Positions 1 to 12,542 are shown, counted from the stretch's first letter. The stretch: 64,000 nucleotides of DNA from Stylophora pistillata (GCF_002571385.2 NW_019217953.1:160066-224065), one strand, 5' to 3'. The notes: a model not told the origin generated them from the sequence alone. A program made the numbers and translations.

Positions 1-1427
1 TTTTCTTCGAGGGCTAACTCCAGTCCGTTTGGATGGATTTTCGATGGAAAGTACGAGGAGAATCGTGCATCTTTTGACCTTAATGCTGCGAGGTTTGAAA
101 GCGGAGCGATGCGATTTTTGGGGTCAAAATCGCTCGGGCGCTTGAACCCTTTCAAAACAAGGCTTCCACCCTTGTCTTTCTTTAATGCATTACATTAACG
201 ACGAAATCAGACTTATTCAAAATCGCTCAAAAAAAAAATATTTTGAGGCAAAAGGACGACTATGCACCACAGGTATAGTAATTCAACGTTTATTTATCAA
301 TGATTTATGTACATAGTCAGCAATATATCACTCTAGGTGAGGCAAACGGTAAATCTGGTACATTCTCTATAAAACAACGGTTGGCTACACAAACAGATTG
401 TATGGGCCCCCTGTGATTTATTCAAATCTATTATTAAAAATGCAACAAAGCATGGAACCTTATGAATAAAATAAAGACGGATGTATTTGTAAGCAAAAAC
501 TTGAGAACATGAAAAGTTTGCGAATGAATGTTGATCACCTTGTCACTGGCTCTATCAAACTCTAAGATGAAACTAAAGGATGTGTGGCCGAAATAAATTC
601 TATGACGGAGGCGGTTTGAATTTCTTATAGCTATTTTGCCATCAATGAAAAATTCCATGATTGTGCCGATCCATCAGGCTGAGACATTGGTCTTCTATGC
701 TATGCACCAACGAACAGAGGAGAACTTTAGAGACGATTTTGATTTATTTTTAAATCGATTTAAGATAAGTAGTTTTCTTGAAGTATGAAATTTTTAACAT
801 TGGGTATGACAAAGACTGACTTGATTCCTTGAGTACAGTGAATGGATGCCAATCGACGACTCGGGACTCACATGCGAGCAAGTTTTGTTGAGATTTGCAT
901 GTCATTGTGTGCGGTAGGAGAGGGTCTGTGCTGTGTTGGTTTAAAATATATTCAATTTTCTCCATTCTTCCCATCCAAATCTCAACGAAACTTGCAAGTA
1001 AGACTCGCCGGTAGGCATTCAATTCCTAAAATGCGATTTCGGTTGCAATAAAACAAACGAAGTTAATAACGTAAATCCACATTTTGCTTTATTCACTAAT
1101 CACACTCAAAGCGCTACAGCCAGAGATTTAAAGTCGTGATCATTCATTTGTGCTTGCTAGGCACTGTTTCCTTAGTTATGTTTCAGTCTCACTTTTCTCA
1201 GGCTAAGCCTGCGGCCAACTGAAATTGAATTCGCAGTGTATCATTCTGTCCTGTTACTACTGATCATCAATGAAATTCTCCCAAGTTTCTGACGTGAAAA
1301 GTCTCGCAAAACGAAGAAAATAATCAAATCTGGTTCTACTAAAGAGGCTGTCCACGTAATGCGAAAAGCAATGTGCTAAAGCCAGGCTGGTAAACAAAAC
1401 ACTTTGATACAGTTTGTCACGGTAATA

Positions 1428-4400
1428 ATGTTTCTCTTTACCTCGCGCTTTCTTTTTACACTGCTGGTTTTATCTGCCTTTACCCCAGCTGCCTGTGGTG
1501 GTAAACCTACCTCGTCGACCTCTTGCCACAATGTGTACAATTACAACACGTTTAGCCCAGGACCCAGCAAGGAGATGAAGAAACTACTGCTGGAAATAAG
1601 AACACAACTGACTGACCTTCAGAAGACAGTGAACGGTACACAAGGAACGAAACCAACCGGAAAAGGCGAGACTTTGAAATTGTTTCTTGATTGACTATTA
1701 TAGAAATCTTTCATTGTGTGACTGCATGCCGCGGATTGAGTAATTAGAAAATTAGTATTTTCACGCGCCTAGAAGTATTCGAGACCTGTTTCAAGACATT
1801 TCTAATATTCACCCTTATAATACCCGATCCTCTGCTTCGCACAACCTCTATACACAAAGCTCTAGGCTCTCTATTCAATTGAACTCGTTTTCTAGAATTG
1901 GAACAAAAATTTGGAACGAGATGCCTCTTACACTAAGGAATCTCTCAAAATATGACTTTAAGAGGAAAATTAAAAGAGTACTTTTCAATATTCTGTCTTC
2001 AGAAGACTCCTATCTCGACATACGAAACATCATTCAAAAGGTAAAATTTTCATAAGGTTATTAATGTATTTCTAGAATAACAAGTATAGCCTTAATTGTA
2101 CCATTTTTGTATTTTTGTAGTATCTTTGTTTTTATACCTACTATTTTTATTTAACTTCCTGATTTATGTAAACCTGTATACTTATTCTCTCTAATTAATT
2201 TCCTGATTTCTGTAAACTTGCATACCAACTTTTTTTAGTTAAGACATGGCCCACCTAGATTAGCTAGCTACCTGTGGGCATGTCCAATTTGTTAAAACAG
2301 TCATTAGTCATTAGAAATTAGAATAAATAAAGGTTGTTGTTGTTGTTGTTGTTGCTAACTAGCCTGAATAAATCTATAGCAACCCTTGTTTATTTCATTC
2401 TTGCAGACTACAAGAACTGTGCTGAGCTGTACAAATCCGGTCGAAGAATCAGCGGTGTTTATACAATCGACCCTGATGTCTCAGGCGCCTTTGATGTGTT
2501 CTGTGACCAAAACACAGCCGGTGGGGGGTGGACAGTGTTCCAGAAGAGACAAGACGGTTCTGTTGATTTCTTTCGTGGCTGGTCCTACTATAAAAAAGGT
2601 TTTGGTAATCTGAATGGAGAGTTTTGGCTGGGACTGGACAAGACATACCGTCTGACCAACAGTGGGAAGTTTAAGCTTCGTGTGGATCTGCAAGACACTA
2701 AAGGAAATACAGCGTATGCCTTGTACGATTACTTTGCCGTTACCAGTGAGAGGGCTAAGTACCAGCTCAGTCTTGGAGCTTACTCGGGGAAGGTCATCTA
2801 TTAATGTTACAAAAGGATGATTCCGACCGCATTCCATTCACTCTCACCTTCCACCCTCACAACCACTCAGTCAAATCCATCATTCTTAAAAACTTTAAAT
2901 TACTTCAAAAAGATCCAGAGACAAGCGCTATCTTTTCGCAGCCTCCGCTCATTTCATTTAACCGCGACAAAAACATGGGCAATTTTTTGGTCAGAAGTTC
3001 TTTTCAGACTGATGACCAACCAGGCAATTTTAAATGCGCTCGTGCACGATGCAAAACGTGTCCTTTCATTTACAACACTAATAAGATATTGGGACCCAAA
3101 CGATCTATTAAGATCACCGATCACTTCACGTGCACCTCCGCCAATGTAATCTATTGCATAACTTGCTCTTATTGCAAAAAGATATACACCGAATGCAAAT
3201 ATGGCGTCCAATTTGAATTGCCGGTGTTCTGGACTGACNAGTCATTAGTCATTAGAAATTAGAATAAATAAAGGTTGTTGTTGTTGTTGTTGTTGCTAAC
3301 TAGCCTGAATAAATCTATAGCAACCCTTGTTTATTTCATTCTTGCAGCCTACAAGAACTGTGCTGAGCTGTACAAATCCGGTCAAAGAATCAGCGGTGTT
3401 TATACAATCGACCCTGATGGCTCAGGCGCCTTTGATGTGTTCTGTGACCAAAACACAGCCGGTGGGGGGTGGACAGTGTTCCAGAAGAGACAAGACGGTT
3501 CTGTTGATTTCTTCCGTGGCTGGTTCTACTATAAGAAAGGTTTTGGTAATCTGAATGGAGAGTTTTGGCTGGGACTGGACAAGATAAACCGCTTGACCAA
3601 CAGTGGGAAGTTTAAGCTTCGTGTGGATCTGCAAGACACGAAAGGAAAGACAGCGTTTGCCTTGTACGATTACTTTGCCGTCACCAGTAAGAGGACTAAG
3701 TACCAGCTCAGTCTTGGAGCTTACTCGGGTAGGGTCACTAGTAATGTTTAGGACGCCTTCAATATCCAAAGCAATCGAAATTCAAGCAAGAATTAGTTAT
3801 TCCTCCTTACAATACACCATTACATCCATTTCGAAATCACGGCAAAAACAAGTTTATCAATCCCTATCCGCAAAATAGCAAAGCAATATGATTGGTTTTT
3901 AGCAGTGGGATTAATTCACTAATAGCCCTATTTTTTCTCGAACTCGCATTGTTTTCCCCACCCAAAGATAGGACAAATTTTCCAATTTTTGCCTCCAAAA
4001 CTTTTCTCTCTTTCTCTTTTTTGTGTTTTCCTTTATTTAGAGCTAAGCCATCCGCAGATTCTGTTGCTAATTTAAATCACTTTACATTTTGTGATAAACA
4101 TAATTAAAAAATTATTCACCTCAGTTTTAAATAAGAGAAAATAATTTATGGTTGGTCATGGGCAAGAGAAGTCAAGATTTCAATGGTTTTTTTGAAAAGG
4201 AAAATGACCTATTCTTTTAATTGTCTGAAACTTTAAATTTGACCCTAAGTTAATAGTTCAGTTAAGACTGTTAAGATATTTACAGTTTTATCAAATTTCA
4301 GGTACAGCTGGTGATTCCCTTTCCTATCATCGTGGTCACCCCTTCACAACCAAAGATCAGGATAATGACGCAGAATCGAATTATAACTGTGCTGTAGGCC

Positions 4401-4564
4401 ATAAAGGAGCTTGGTGGTATAAAAATTGTTACTACTCGAACTTGAATGGTCAGTATCATAACGGAACACACTCAAAAGCTGATGGTGTAAACTGGTATCA
4501 TTGGAAGGGTTTTTTATACTCCGTCAACAGAGCGGAAATGAAGATTAGACCAGCCGGGTTCTAA
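1428..4564 (+). CDS. Secreted fibrinogen-related domain protein (ficolin/tachylectin-like), FReD gene A, ~293 aa
   Basis: Exon 1 1428-1665 encodes a signal peptide (MFLFTSRFLFTLLVLSAFTPAACG) and a short coiled coil, and has a GC donor. Exon 2 3348-3728 contains [28 protein letters not shown] and GEFWLGLD. Exon 3 4302-4564 contains [19 protein letters not shown] and EMKIRP*. All introns are phase 1. The model crosses a single-N contig join at 3239. Confidence 0.7.
1761..2354 (+). mobile_element. 3' end of a CR1/L2-type LINE in intron 1 of FReD gene A
   Basis: Translates as an RT C-terminal tail (HPYNTRS...SFSRIGTKIWNEMP...FKRKIK...FS*), followed by a 3' UTR with AATAAA and a (TTG)n tail. Confidence 0.75.
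2407..2787 (+). pseudogene. FReD exon 2 copy with a destroyed splice donor
   Basis: Open 381-nt exon with an AG acceptor. The donor reads GGAAGG where paralogs have GTAAGT, GTAGGG or GTGAGG. A Penelope fragment follows about 20 bp downstream. Confidence 0.7.
2808..3190 (+). mobile_element. Penelope-like retroelement fragment (RT linker, Zn-knuckle and start of GIY-YIG endonuclease)
   Basis: DRIPFTLTFHP...PPLISF..DKN.GNFLVRS...KCARARCKTCPFI...HFTCTSANVIYCITCSYCKKIY is the typical PLE linker plus GIY-YIG motif. Confidence 0.85.
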
Positions 4565-4955
4565 CATCCTATGGGAGAGATTCAATCCTAAATTTTGTTT
4601 GGCTTATTAAAGTGCAATTTTTGCTTACTCAGTTTTGTTTTCTCTTTTATCGTGACCCTTTCCCACCTTATTTTTTTTTTATCCCTCTGGCCTCTTTTCA
4701 AGAATTGTGTAGTGTCTCGTTCATTTTCGGGAACCTTTCCTGCTTCCCTGCAGTTAATTCCTGCCTTGTAAGCTCTTCAATAACCGTGATACCAAACAGG
4801 AGCCTACAGTCATGAAGCGCTAGAGATTGATACCCTCTCCTCCCAAAAAGAGGTTTATGAGAGCGCTCGTTGTCATCACTCTCTCCTAACAGTTATGATC
4901 ATAAGGGAATGATTTCAGCTGTACTAATCCGTAAACAGTCTAAATGAAATAAGCG

Positions 4956-5058
4956 GTGATTCAGGTGCCTTTGATGTGTTCTGTGACCAAAACAAACAGC
5001 CGGCAGAGAGTCGACAGCATTCCAAAAACTTCAGTAGGGCTGCGTTGATTTGGTTTGA
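4956..5058 (+). pseudogene. Degenerate relic of FReD exon 2
   Basis: TCAGGTGCCTTTGATGTGTTCTGTGACCAAAA matches exon 2 and then frameshifts. A homologous relic lies at 17074-17186. Confidence 0.65.
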
Positions 5059-5787
5059 CATCCATCGGGTCTGTTTTTCAGTTTAAAATTATACTTTCTC
5101 GAACACTGGGTTCTCTCTTTTTTTCTTTTTTTAGAAGACGAAAACGGTTTTCGTTTACATTTTTGTTGTCTAGTTCTAAGACATGATTGTTTCGTCTCGT
5201 TTCAGGATCATTATATTCGGTGGTTTTTCGTTTTCACGTTTTTCAGTTTTCCGGTTCCATTGATTTTCCATTAAAATTTGTTGGATGTTTGCCAGAACTG
5301 GATGCATCCAAATTTTTGACCGAATTAACGACGACTTAACGTGTAGAAGCCGACAAAGCGGTTTTAAAGTCTCGTACCCGGTCGCTGAGTTCGACGATAG
5401 ATGTATGCCCAGACTTCTTATTCCCAAACTGAAAGGGACCTTTCCATGATGAATATTCGGGGAGATAAGATAAAGTAGACATAGCTAAGATCTGGTTGAG
5501 AATGCTTCAACTACCTCTTCCTAATTTTAATTAGGAAGATTTAAAAATCACGATGAGGACCCCATGCACTCGTCCGGAGCTCAGACGGGTTCTAATAATT
5601 TCCCTCCCCTCCTCCTTCTCCCCATTGTTGTCATTCATTCCGAGTACAGCAGCTGTACTATTTAAAAAAAAAGAAAAAAACTTTACTTAAAAGCCTGTAT
5701 TAGTTTCCGTTTTAAATATATAAGATCGTTTCCTTTTTGTAGCATAGAAATACACCCTGCACAGTGCAGTCATAGAAGGTCATAAAC

Positions 5788-6292
5788 GAGGGTCTCAATG
5801 GGGTTAACCGTCAACCGTCAAAAACGCAATATTTTTACCGTCAAATAGGCAAGCTGATGTCAGCCTTCAAAAGTCTCAGATATCCTCAATTAAGAACTAA
5901 ACGATTGCCTCAATTGGGGTCAATTTGTGTTGTTTATGAATAAAAGCTCTAATATATCACAAAAATACAGTTATGTAGGTCCTTTAACTTCTAGTCGCGA
6001 GTAAAACTGGTTAGCGACAGAACTGACTTCCAGTGTGGAAATACTTCCAGTGTCGTAAAACGTAAATCATTTTATTTATTAATAGTAGGTGTCATTAACA
6101 ATTATTTACAAACGCGTCATTATGCATAATTACAACCAAATTCGTGCGTCTACTTCGTTTCAGTAAACGGCATCCCAAAAAATTAACCATCAACCGTCAA
6201 ATAACTTAAAATTTAACCGTCAACCGTTAAAAGGGCTAATTCTAAACCGTCAACCGTCAACGTCACCCCCCTCCCCCTTCATTGAGACCCTC
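5788..6292. mobile_element. MITE with 13-bp TIR GAGGGTCTCAATG and internal AACCGTC repeats
   Basis: GAGGGTCTCAATG ... CATTGAGACCCTC. It is absent from the paralogous region near 22970-23000. The same left end recurs at 62938. Confidence 0.75.
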
Positions 6293-6462
6293 AAAAACCT
6301 AAGGGGCGGCTAGAAGAAATATAACTCACCCCCGCCAAGAAATACCTCTTTGTAAGAAGCCAACTCCTCCAGCTCTGGAAGCCACAGAAATCGGTAACCA
6401 CATCCAAGGAAGGGGCTTATTACAGCGTTAGCAGTAGCAGTTCTTTGCTTTCTCCACAACAG

Positions 6463-6555
6463 TTTTGAAGAGCTGCGCCGAACTCTAATAATCTAGTCAA
6501 AGGATCAGCGGTATTTCTACAATATTTCCCGATGGCTTCGTTGCGTGACATTGTG
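6463..6555 (+). pseudogene. Degenerate relic of a type-II FReD exon 2 (SKSCAELY type)
   Basis: CAG|TTTTGAAGAGCTGCGCCGAACTCTAATAATCTAGTCAAAGGATCAGCGG aligns to the exons at 13466 and 23139 but has stops and indels. The upstream intron is homologous to 22900-23138. Confidence 0.65.
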
Positions 6556-7959
6556 TAGGGTGTCACTCAAAGCTCCCCAAAGAGCAACCACGAAGGAGAC
6601 ACACGTGAAAATGCTTCTTAAGAGTAGCCTTCGTAAAGAGGTCTGAATGTTTTGTCTACAGAAGAAGTCCAAATTAGCGAGTGTAAATCAAGCAAGACTA
6701 TGGAAATAAGTATATTGGATTAAAAAATGTGGTCTGTTTTCTCCCCAGGCCGAAAAAGATTAAGAAACTGTCGCACTTCCCATGAAGGTTATCTTAGTGG
6801 AAGTTTGTTCTTTCAACGAAGGCCGCCGTTTTGTTGGATCTAGAGCCAAAATGATTGTTGTCGGTCCTAGGCCCCGACCATGCGCTCTCCTCATATCCAG
6901 ACGGTCGAGGCGAACATATAAGTATCCCCTTACAGCTCCCAATCGCTTCAGGGTCACATTGATGCTTCGAACCGCGGTTATGGCGGTCCAAAACATCGAG
7001 GCGAGAACTTTTTTTAAGCCAACGTTTTACGAGTGACTTCTCGCAAGCGTGTGCCATATTAAAAGCAGGGATTTAACGCAAAGCAGCGGAGGAACTAGTG
7101 AAACAAAAAATTTAATGAGCAGAAAAACTGCTGAGGACCTGTTCTCTTTAGCTCATTTCCTAACCGTCCTCGGCAAAAAAAACTAGGTGAGATCACCAAA
7201 TTTGGATTTTTCTGAAAACAGAAACCCAGACAGCAAAGGTTTTTTATGTTTACAATAAAATATCAACGACACCTTCGTGTCGTTTACAAGACGGTACACG
7301 GTGGAGCCAAACTGACAAATGTATGCAGTCCATGTTTTCAACGATTTCTTCCTCTGCGTTTCTATCGCGGTCCCATTAGGCCCCCAACAATTTGCGCCCA
7401 GTCAAATCGGTACTACTCTCTACGCTTCACGTATTACTTGCTCATGATGCATGGACAAATAAAATGTGGCTTAGAATTCAGTCTGACTCTTCTAAGACAG
7501 GAAGGTAAATAAATTTATGTTCACAATCGTCTATCGCTGAAAACTAACTTTATTAGAGAATGTATTTGTCAAGAAATCTATGAATTGCTCTAACGTTTTG
7601 ATACGTTTACAAATTTTTTCGCACTGATTGTTCGTTGAATAAAATTAATTGGAGAGAGGTTATATTTCAATCTAATTGGGATGACAAGTGAATGTTGAGA
7701 TCGAAGAGTTTCACCCGTGGTGTCAGTTGCTTTGACATCCGCAGAAATTCAACACATCAAATCCATTCTATGTACGTACACATTGTAACAAAGCCATTTT
7801 AGCAGCATCGAGCCTTATGAATAAAATACAGACGGATCTGTCAATGAAAAAAACGCGAAAAAATGGCAAATGGCGAAATGGCAACAACGTTGATCGTCTG
7901 TGTCGAAACTAGGGGAAGAGTGGCTGAAAAAATTGCAAAAATATAGTTATTTCTTTGAA

Positions 7960-8060
7960 TAGCCTGGGTACAGCCGCCCACCTCTCAAAAAAATCGGGAA
8001 GGGGGCCGATTGCGCCCTTCCCGATTTTTTAGAGGGGATGGGGCGGTTGTACACAGGCTA
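7960..8060. mobile_element. 101-bp hairpin MITE, hAT-like
   Basis: Fold-back TAGCCTG...CAGGCTA with an 8-bp TSD TCTTTGAA (7952-7959 and 8061-8068). The paralogous site near 615 is empty. Confidence 0.85.
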
Positions 8061-9285
8061 TCTTTGAATTCCTTACAAATATTTTGCCGAAGTGAAAGAA
8101 GGCGATAGAATAAGTCTTCGATCGTGCCGACTGAACAAAAAAGGGAGGGATTAATTCAAACCACAAACATACAGACGCGAACTTGATTGCTGATATTATA
8201 TCAATTTGAAAGTAGAGGTATGTGAATTTCTTGACTGATCTGCATTTGAATTATGTAAAGTACACACGAAGAACACTCGATTGTTTGTTCTTACTGGTTC
8301 TGGAGGCTATGTACGACATGAAATGCTTTTTAAAATCTCCGTTTATACCGGAGAAAGTTATTGACGAAACTTGCAAACTGGCCAATTTATTAGTCGCCAG
8401 CATAACTGGAATATAGGCATCCTGTCACTAAACTGCAAGTTTGATTTCAAACAGATGACGTTTAGAACGTCAACCGAAATCTTCAATGCCACGTAATGAT
8501 ACGTACAGTTTGACGAATACTTTAACTTTAGTATCGAAAGAGGAAACTGCTTAAGTCTTTTCTTCATTTGTGTATTTTCATCCAGATTTTATTACTCGGA
8601 CTTGCGTGGGAAAGCCCGAGTCTGATAATTCAAGCGGTCAGTTTTAATTTGGTCGCCAGAAGTGGGACATGGTTCCTTGCGTAAACCGTGGAAACTGGGG
8701 ATGAGAGTGCGACAACTTGTTTTTTTGTAAGCTCTCTCTTCGTAAACAACGTAATTTACAGAATGCTGTGTTTTGTGAAGACCACCTCACAAAGTTTCCT
8801 GTCTTATAATCTCATCGATCCTACATGCAAACGCACACGCCGTTCGTGGTAGGCCCACGCTAAATGATGTCGAGTGTTTTCGGAATGGGCCGGTCCACGA
8901 ACTTCATTGCTTGGAAGCTAGCCAAATGTGGAAAGTTCATACTAGTTCTCACGAGATAACAAATGAGCCATATGTGAGTTCAAACTACGAAAATACTGGC
9001 AAATNNNNNNNNNNNNNNNNNNNNNNNNNNNNNNNNNNNNNNNNNNNNNNNNNNNNNNNNNNNNNNNNNNNNNNNNNNNNNNNNNNNNNNNNNNNNNNNN
9101 NNNNNNNNNNNNNNNNNNNNNNNNNNNNNNNNNNNNNNNNNNNNNNNNNNNNNNNNNNNNNNNNNNNNNNNNNNNNNNNNNNNNNNNNNNNNNNNNNNNN
9201 NNNNNNNNNNNNNNNNNNNNNNNNNNNNNNNNNNNNNNNNNNNNNNNNNNNNNNNNNNNNNNNNNNNNNNNNNNNNNNNNNNNNN

Positions 9286-9319
9286 TACGATTACTTTGCG
9301 GTTACCAGTGAGAGGGCTA
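9286..9319 (+). pseudogene. Fragment of another FReD exon 2 ([11 protein letters not shown]) beside the 281-N gap
   Basis: Matches the 3' part of exon 2 exactly, then switches abruptly to unrelated sequence. Confidence 0.6.
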
Positions 9320-9772
9320 CTGGGTTCTTTCTCGGGAGTTAAAAAATCCATTCCCAAAGAAAAAGTAGGCAGATCTTCATCGGCTTCTTCGCTTATTGCC
9401 ATGTCAAGTTTAACTTTTTTGCGGAAGTTTTTCCCGTTTTTTAATGAAAAATGCTGAAGTCACTCGCGAGAAAAAAAATTTTTCGCGAGGCATTTGTTTT
9501 GCTGACGTCACCAGCGTGCACAATGGAAAATTAAAACATGCTCGCGCTATTGAATTTGATTGCACGAATTTACAAGCTATGTTATAACTGTATTCGTGTT
9601 TGGTGTGAATGCCATGGCTATAAAAGAAGCACGAGTGAACGCTCCTCGAGCGTCTAGTTTTAATTTAAAAAATTAGGACGCCCCACCGTTTGTGCGGAGT
9701 GTGCTACATAACCTTAAATACACGAGAGGCAGATTGTGTTTAGAGCCTCAAAAAGTCACACTCATTCTCTCC

Positions 9773-9903
9773 GGAAAGAGTACCATATAACCCCATACAT
9801 TAATTATGCATTCCACTTCTTTGTCTTTCACGACAAAACTTTAAAAACAAAGTCTACCAGTCTGAATGCATAATTATGTATGGGGTTATATGGTACTCTT
9901 GCC
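9773..9903. mobile_element. Mutator-like MITE just upstream of FReD gene B
   Basis: TIRs of about 40 bp (GGAAAGAGTACCATATAACCCCATACAT... / ...ATGTATGGGGTTATATGGTACTCTTGCC) and a 9-bp TSD ATTCTCTCC (9764-9772, 9904-9912). The paralogous site near 1243 is empty. Confidence 0.85.
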
Positions 9904-10075
9904 ATTCTCTCCTATTACTATTGATCAACTATGAATTTCTCTCAAGTTTTTGACACGAAAAGTCTCGCAAACTGAAAAATAAACAAATGGTTTTTACTAG
10001 AACGATTGTGGCACAGGTGCGAAGTGCAAATTGTCAGAACCAATCTGCCCAACGAGACACCCTCTGTAAGGTAAG

Positions 10076-12542
10076 ATGTTCTTCTTTGGCTCAGATTGTC
10101 TTTCCACACTCTTGGTTTTATCTGCCTTTACTTCAGCTGCTTATGGGCACAACAAACCAACCTCGCCGACGCCTTGCCACAATGTGTACAACTACAACAC
10201 GTTTAATGCGGGACCCAACAAGGAGATGAAGAAACAACTGCTGGAGATAAAGACACAACTGACTGACCTACAAAAGACAGTGAACGGTTTACGAGGAACT
10301 AAATCTACTGGAAAAGGTGAGAGCGTTAAACTTTGACCGCTTTCGGGTTCAGATCTATGGGTAAGGAAGTATTGAATATACGTAGAGGACCCTCGATTAA
10401 GAGAGAGAACTAAGAAACTGTAAAAGAACATTAAATGAATAAATATATGATTAATATGTACAGAGGGTAGGCCGGAAGGATAGAAGTAAGAAATCTTCTT
10501 TTTAAGTGTCAGTAGTCTCCTTTGTTGGAGCTAAATATTTCAGCTGCCATTCATTAAAACAGGACCTCCAATCGCGTTATTCCTGAATGTTTTTCGAGAC
10601 ATCCCTATATCACGCTATATCCTGACCATCATCCGTAGGGACGGCGGATCCGTAACGATTCAGAACCAGATTGTCTGGGTACTGAATTGATGTACTAATG
10701 AACTGATTGACTGCGTTCATTAACTGATTAATTGATTGAATGATCTCACCGATAACTTGATTCTTTAACTAATAGATTGACTGTAATGTGAATTTTTTAT
10801 TGTTTGACAGACCAACAGACGTAATCAGATCATTTGTTTGGATAATTTCCTTTTTTAAATAATTTTCTTAATATTTTTTAGTGTTCATTTTCAAAAGTTT
10901 GCTAACCAGTCTGAATAAATCTGTGAAACCTTTATCTGATTTTTTTCATGCAGTTTACAAGAACTGTGCTGAGCTGTACAAAGCCGGGGAAAGAATCAGC
11001 GGTGTTTATACAATTCACCCTGATGGCTCAGGCACCTTTGATGTGTTCTGTGACCTAAAGACAGCCGGTGGGGGGTGGACAGTGTTCCAGAAGAGACAGG
11101 ACGGTTCGGTTGACTTCTTCCGTGGCTGGTCCGACTACAAAAATGGTTTTGGTAATCTGAATGGAGAGTTTTGGTTGGGACTGGACAAGATAAACCGTCT
11201 AACCAACAGTGGGAAGTTTAAGCTTCGTGTGGATCTGCAAGACACCAAAGGAAAGACAGCGTATGCCTTGTACGATTACTTTGCGGTTACCAGTGAGAGG
11301 GCTAAGTACCAGCTCAGTCTTGGAGCTTACTCGGGTAAGTTCATCTATTAATGTTTAGGAAACCTGGAATATCCAAAGCAATTGAAATTTCGGTAAGAGT
11401 TAGTTATTTATTACCCCTTACAATACATTCTTAAATCCATTTTGAAATCACGATAACAACAAATCTATTTTCCTTAACAATTAAAATACATTATTAACGA
11501 TCCCTACCCGAAAAATAGAGAAGCAATATGATTGGCTTTCAGCAGTGTGATTAATTCACGAATTGCACCATTTCTTACTCTAAATGGCATTATCTTCCCT
11601 AGCCAATGATAGGAAAATTTTCCAATTTGTTCCCCAAAACTTTTTTCTCTTTTTATTTCTCTTTCTAAAATAGTTCGGTTCCCAACGGTATCTCCATTTG
11701 CAATAGTCCATATATACCATGATTACGATCTATTCATATCTCAGTCATCAACAAATTCTGTTCCTAATTATAAATCATTTCAAGATCTCTGATAAAATAA
11801 CTTCAGAAATTATTCAGCCTCAGTTTTAAGTGGGGCGAAATAATTTATGATTGGTGACGGACAAAAGAAGTTATATACGGGTCCGCAAATGATCCCAGGG
11901 GCTCGTTTCTCGAAAGTCCCGTTAATTTAACGGGCCCGATGCCATATTTTAAATTCAAAATTTAAAAGATAGAAAAGCAGGTTCTAGCACATAAATTAGT
12001 CCATTTTGTTCCTTAAGCTAATGGTTTTATTGCATCATAGTAAAAAATTTTAAAATCTCCATCTTGAATGAGATCAGAACAGCTTTACGTTAAGTTACCG
12101 GGACTTTCGAGAAACGGGCCCCAGGACCGCGAATGATCCCGGACCGCAAATGATCCTGTTAAGATTTCAATCCTTTTTTTGAAAAAGAAAATGAGGTATT
12201 CTTTTAATTGGCTGGGACTTTAAGTTAGACCCTAACTTGATAGTTAAGTTACAATGTCTACCATTTTACCAAATTTCAGGCACAGCGGGTGATTCTCTTT
12301 CCTATCATCGTGGTTACCCTTTCACAACCAAAGATCAGGATAATGACGCCCACAAGAGTGTTAACTGTGCTGCAGCCAATAAAGGAGCTTGGTGGTATAA
12401 TCATTGTCGCTTCTCTAACTTGAATGGTCAATATCATCACGGAAAACACTCAAGTGCTGATGGTGTAAACTGGTATCACTGGAAGGGTAATCGCTACTCC
12501 GTCAAGAGAGCGGAAATGAAGATTAGACCAGCAGGGTTCTAA
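10076..12542 (+). CDS. Secreted fibrinogen-related domain protein (ficolin/tachylectin-like), FReD gene B, 294 aa, intact
   Basis: Exons 10076-10316, 10954-11334 and 12280-12542 with canonical GT-AG phase-1 introns give an 885-nt open frame. It encodes a signal peptide, a coiled coil and a complete FReD with the DQDND Ca-binding loop and GAWWY motif. Confidence 0.92.
11899..12121. mobile_element. PIF/Harbinger-type MITE nested in a GGACCGCAAATGATCC repeat in intron 2 of gene B
   Basis: TIR GGGCYCGTTTCTCGAAAGTCCCG with a 3-bp TSD CAG. Ends of the same family occur at 21024 and about 25440-25469. Confidence 0.8.

Noticed and set aside
2334-2406. Poly-Leu N-terminus (MLLLLLLL) of ORFs 2334 and 3275 resembling a signal peptide
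   Set aside because: It is the (TTG)n tail of a LINE inside the intron. The true exon starts after the AG at 2406 or 3347.
2449-3769. Minus-strand ORFs overlapping FReD exon 2 (also 13540, 14663, 23213)
   Set aside because: Antisense shadows of the coding exons.
5806-6262. AACCGTC repeats suggesting a CRISPR-like or iteron array
   Set aside because: The 7-mers are irregular and lie within a TIR-bounded MITE in eukaryotic DNA, with no repeat-spacer periodicity.
6760-7057. Overlapping 78-87 aa ORFs in a GC-richer patch
   Set aside because: No recognisable motif or splice context. Probably repeat-derived.
8608-8617. GGGAAAGCCC kappaB-like site upstream of gene B
   Set aside because: It is a single short match separated from the gene by a gap and inserts, and is not conserved upstream of gene A.
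8911-9402. Long ORFs 8911-9342 and 8980-9402
   Set aside because: Their length comes from the 281-N gap.
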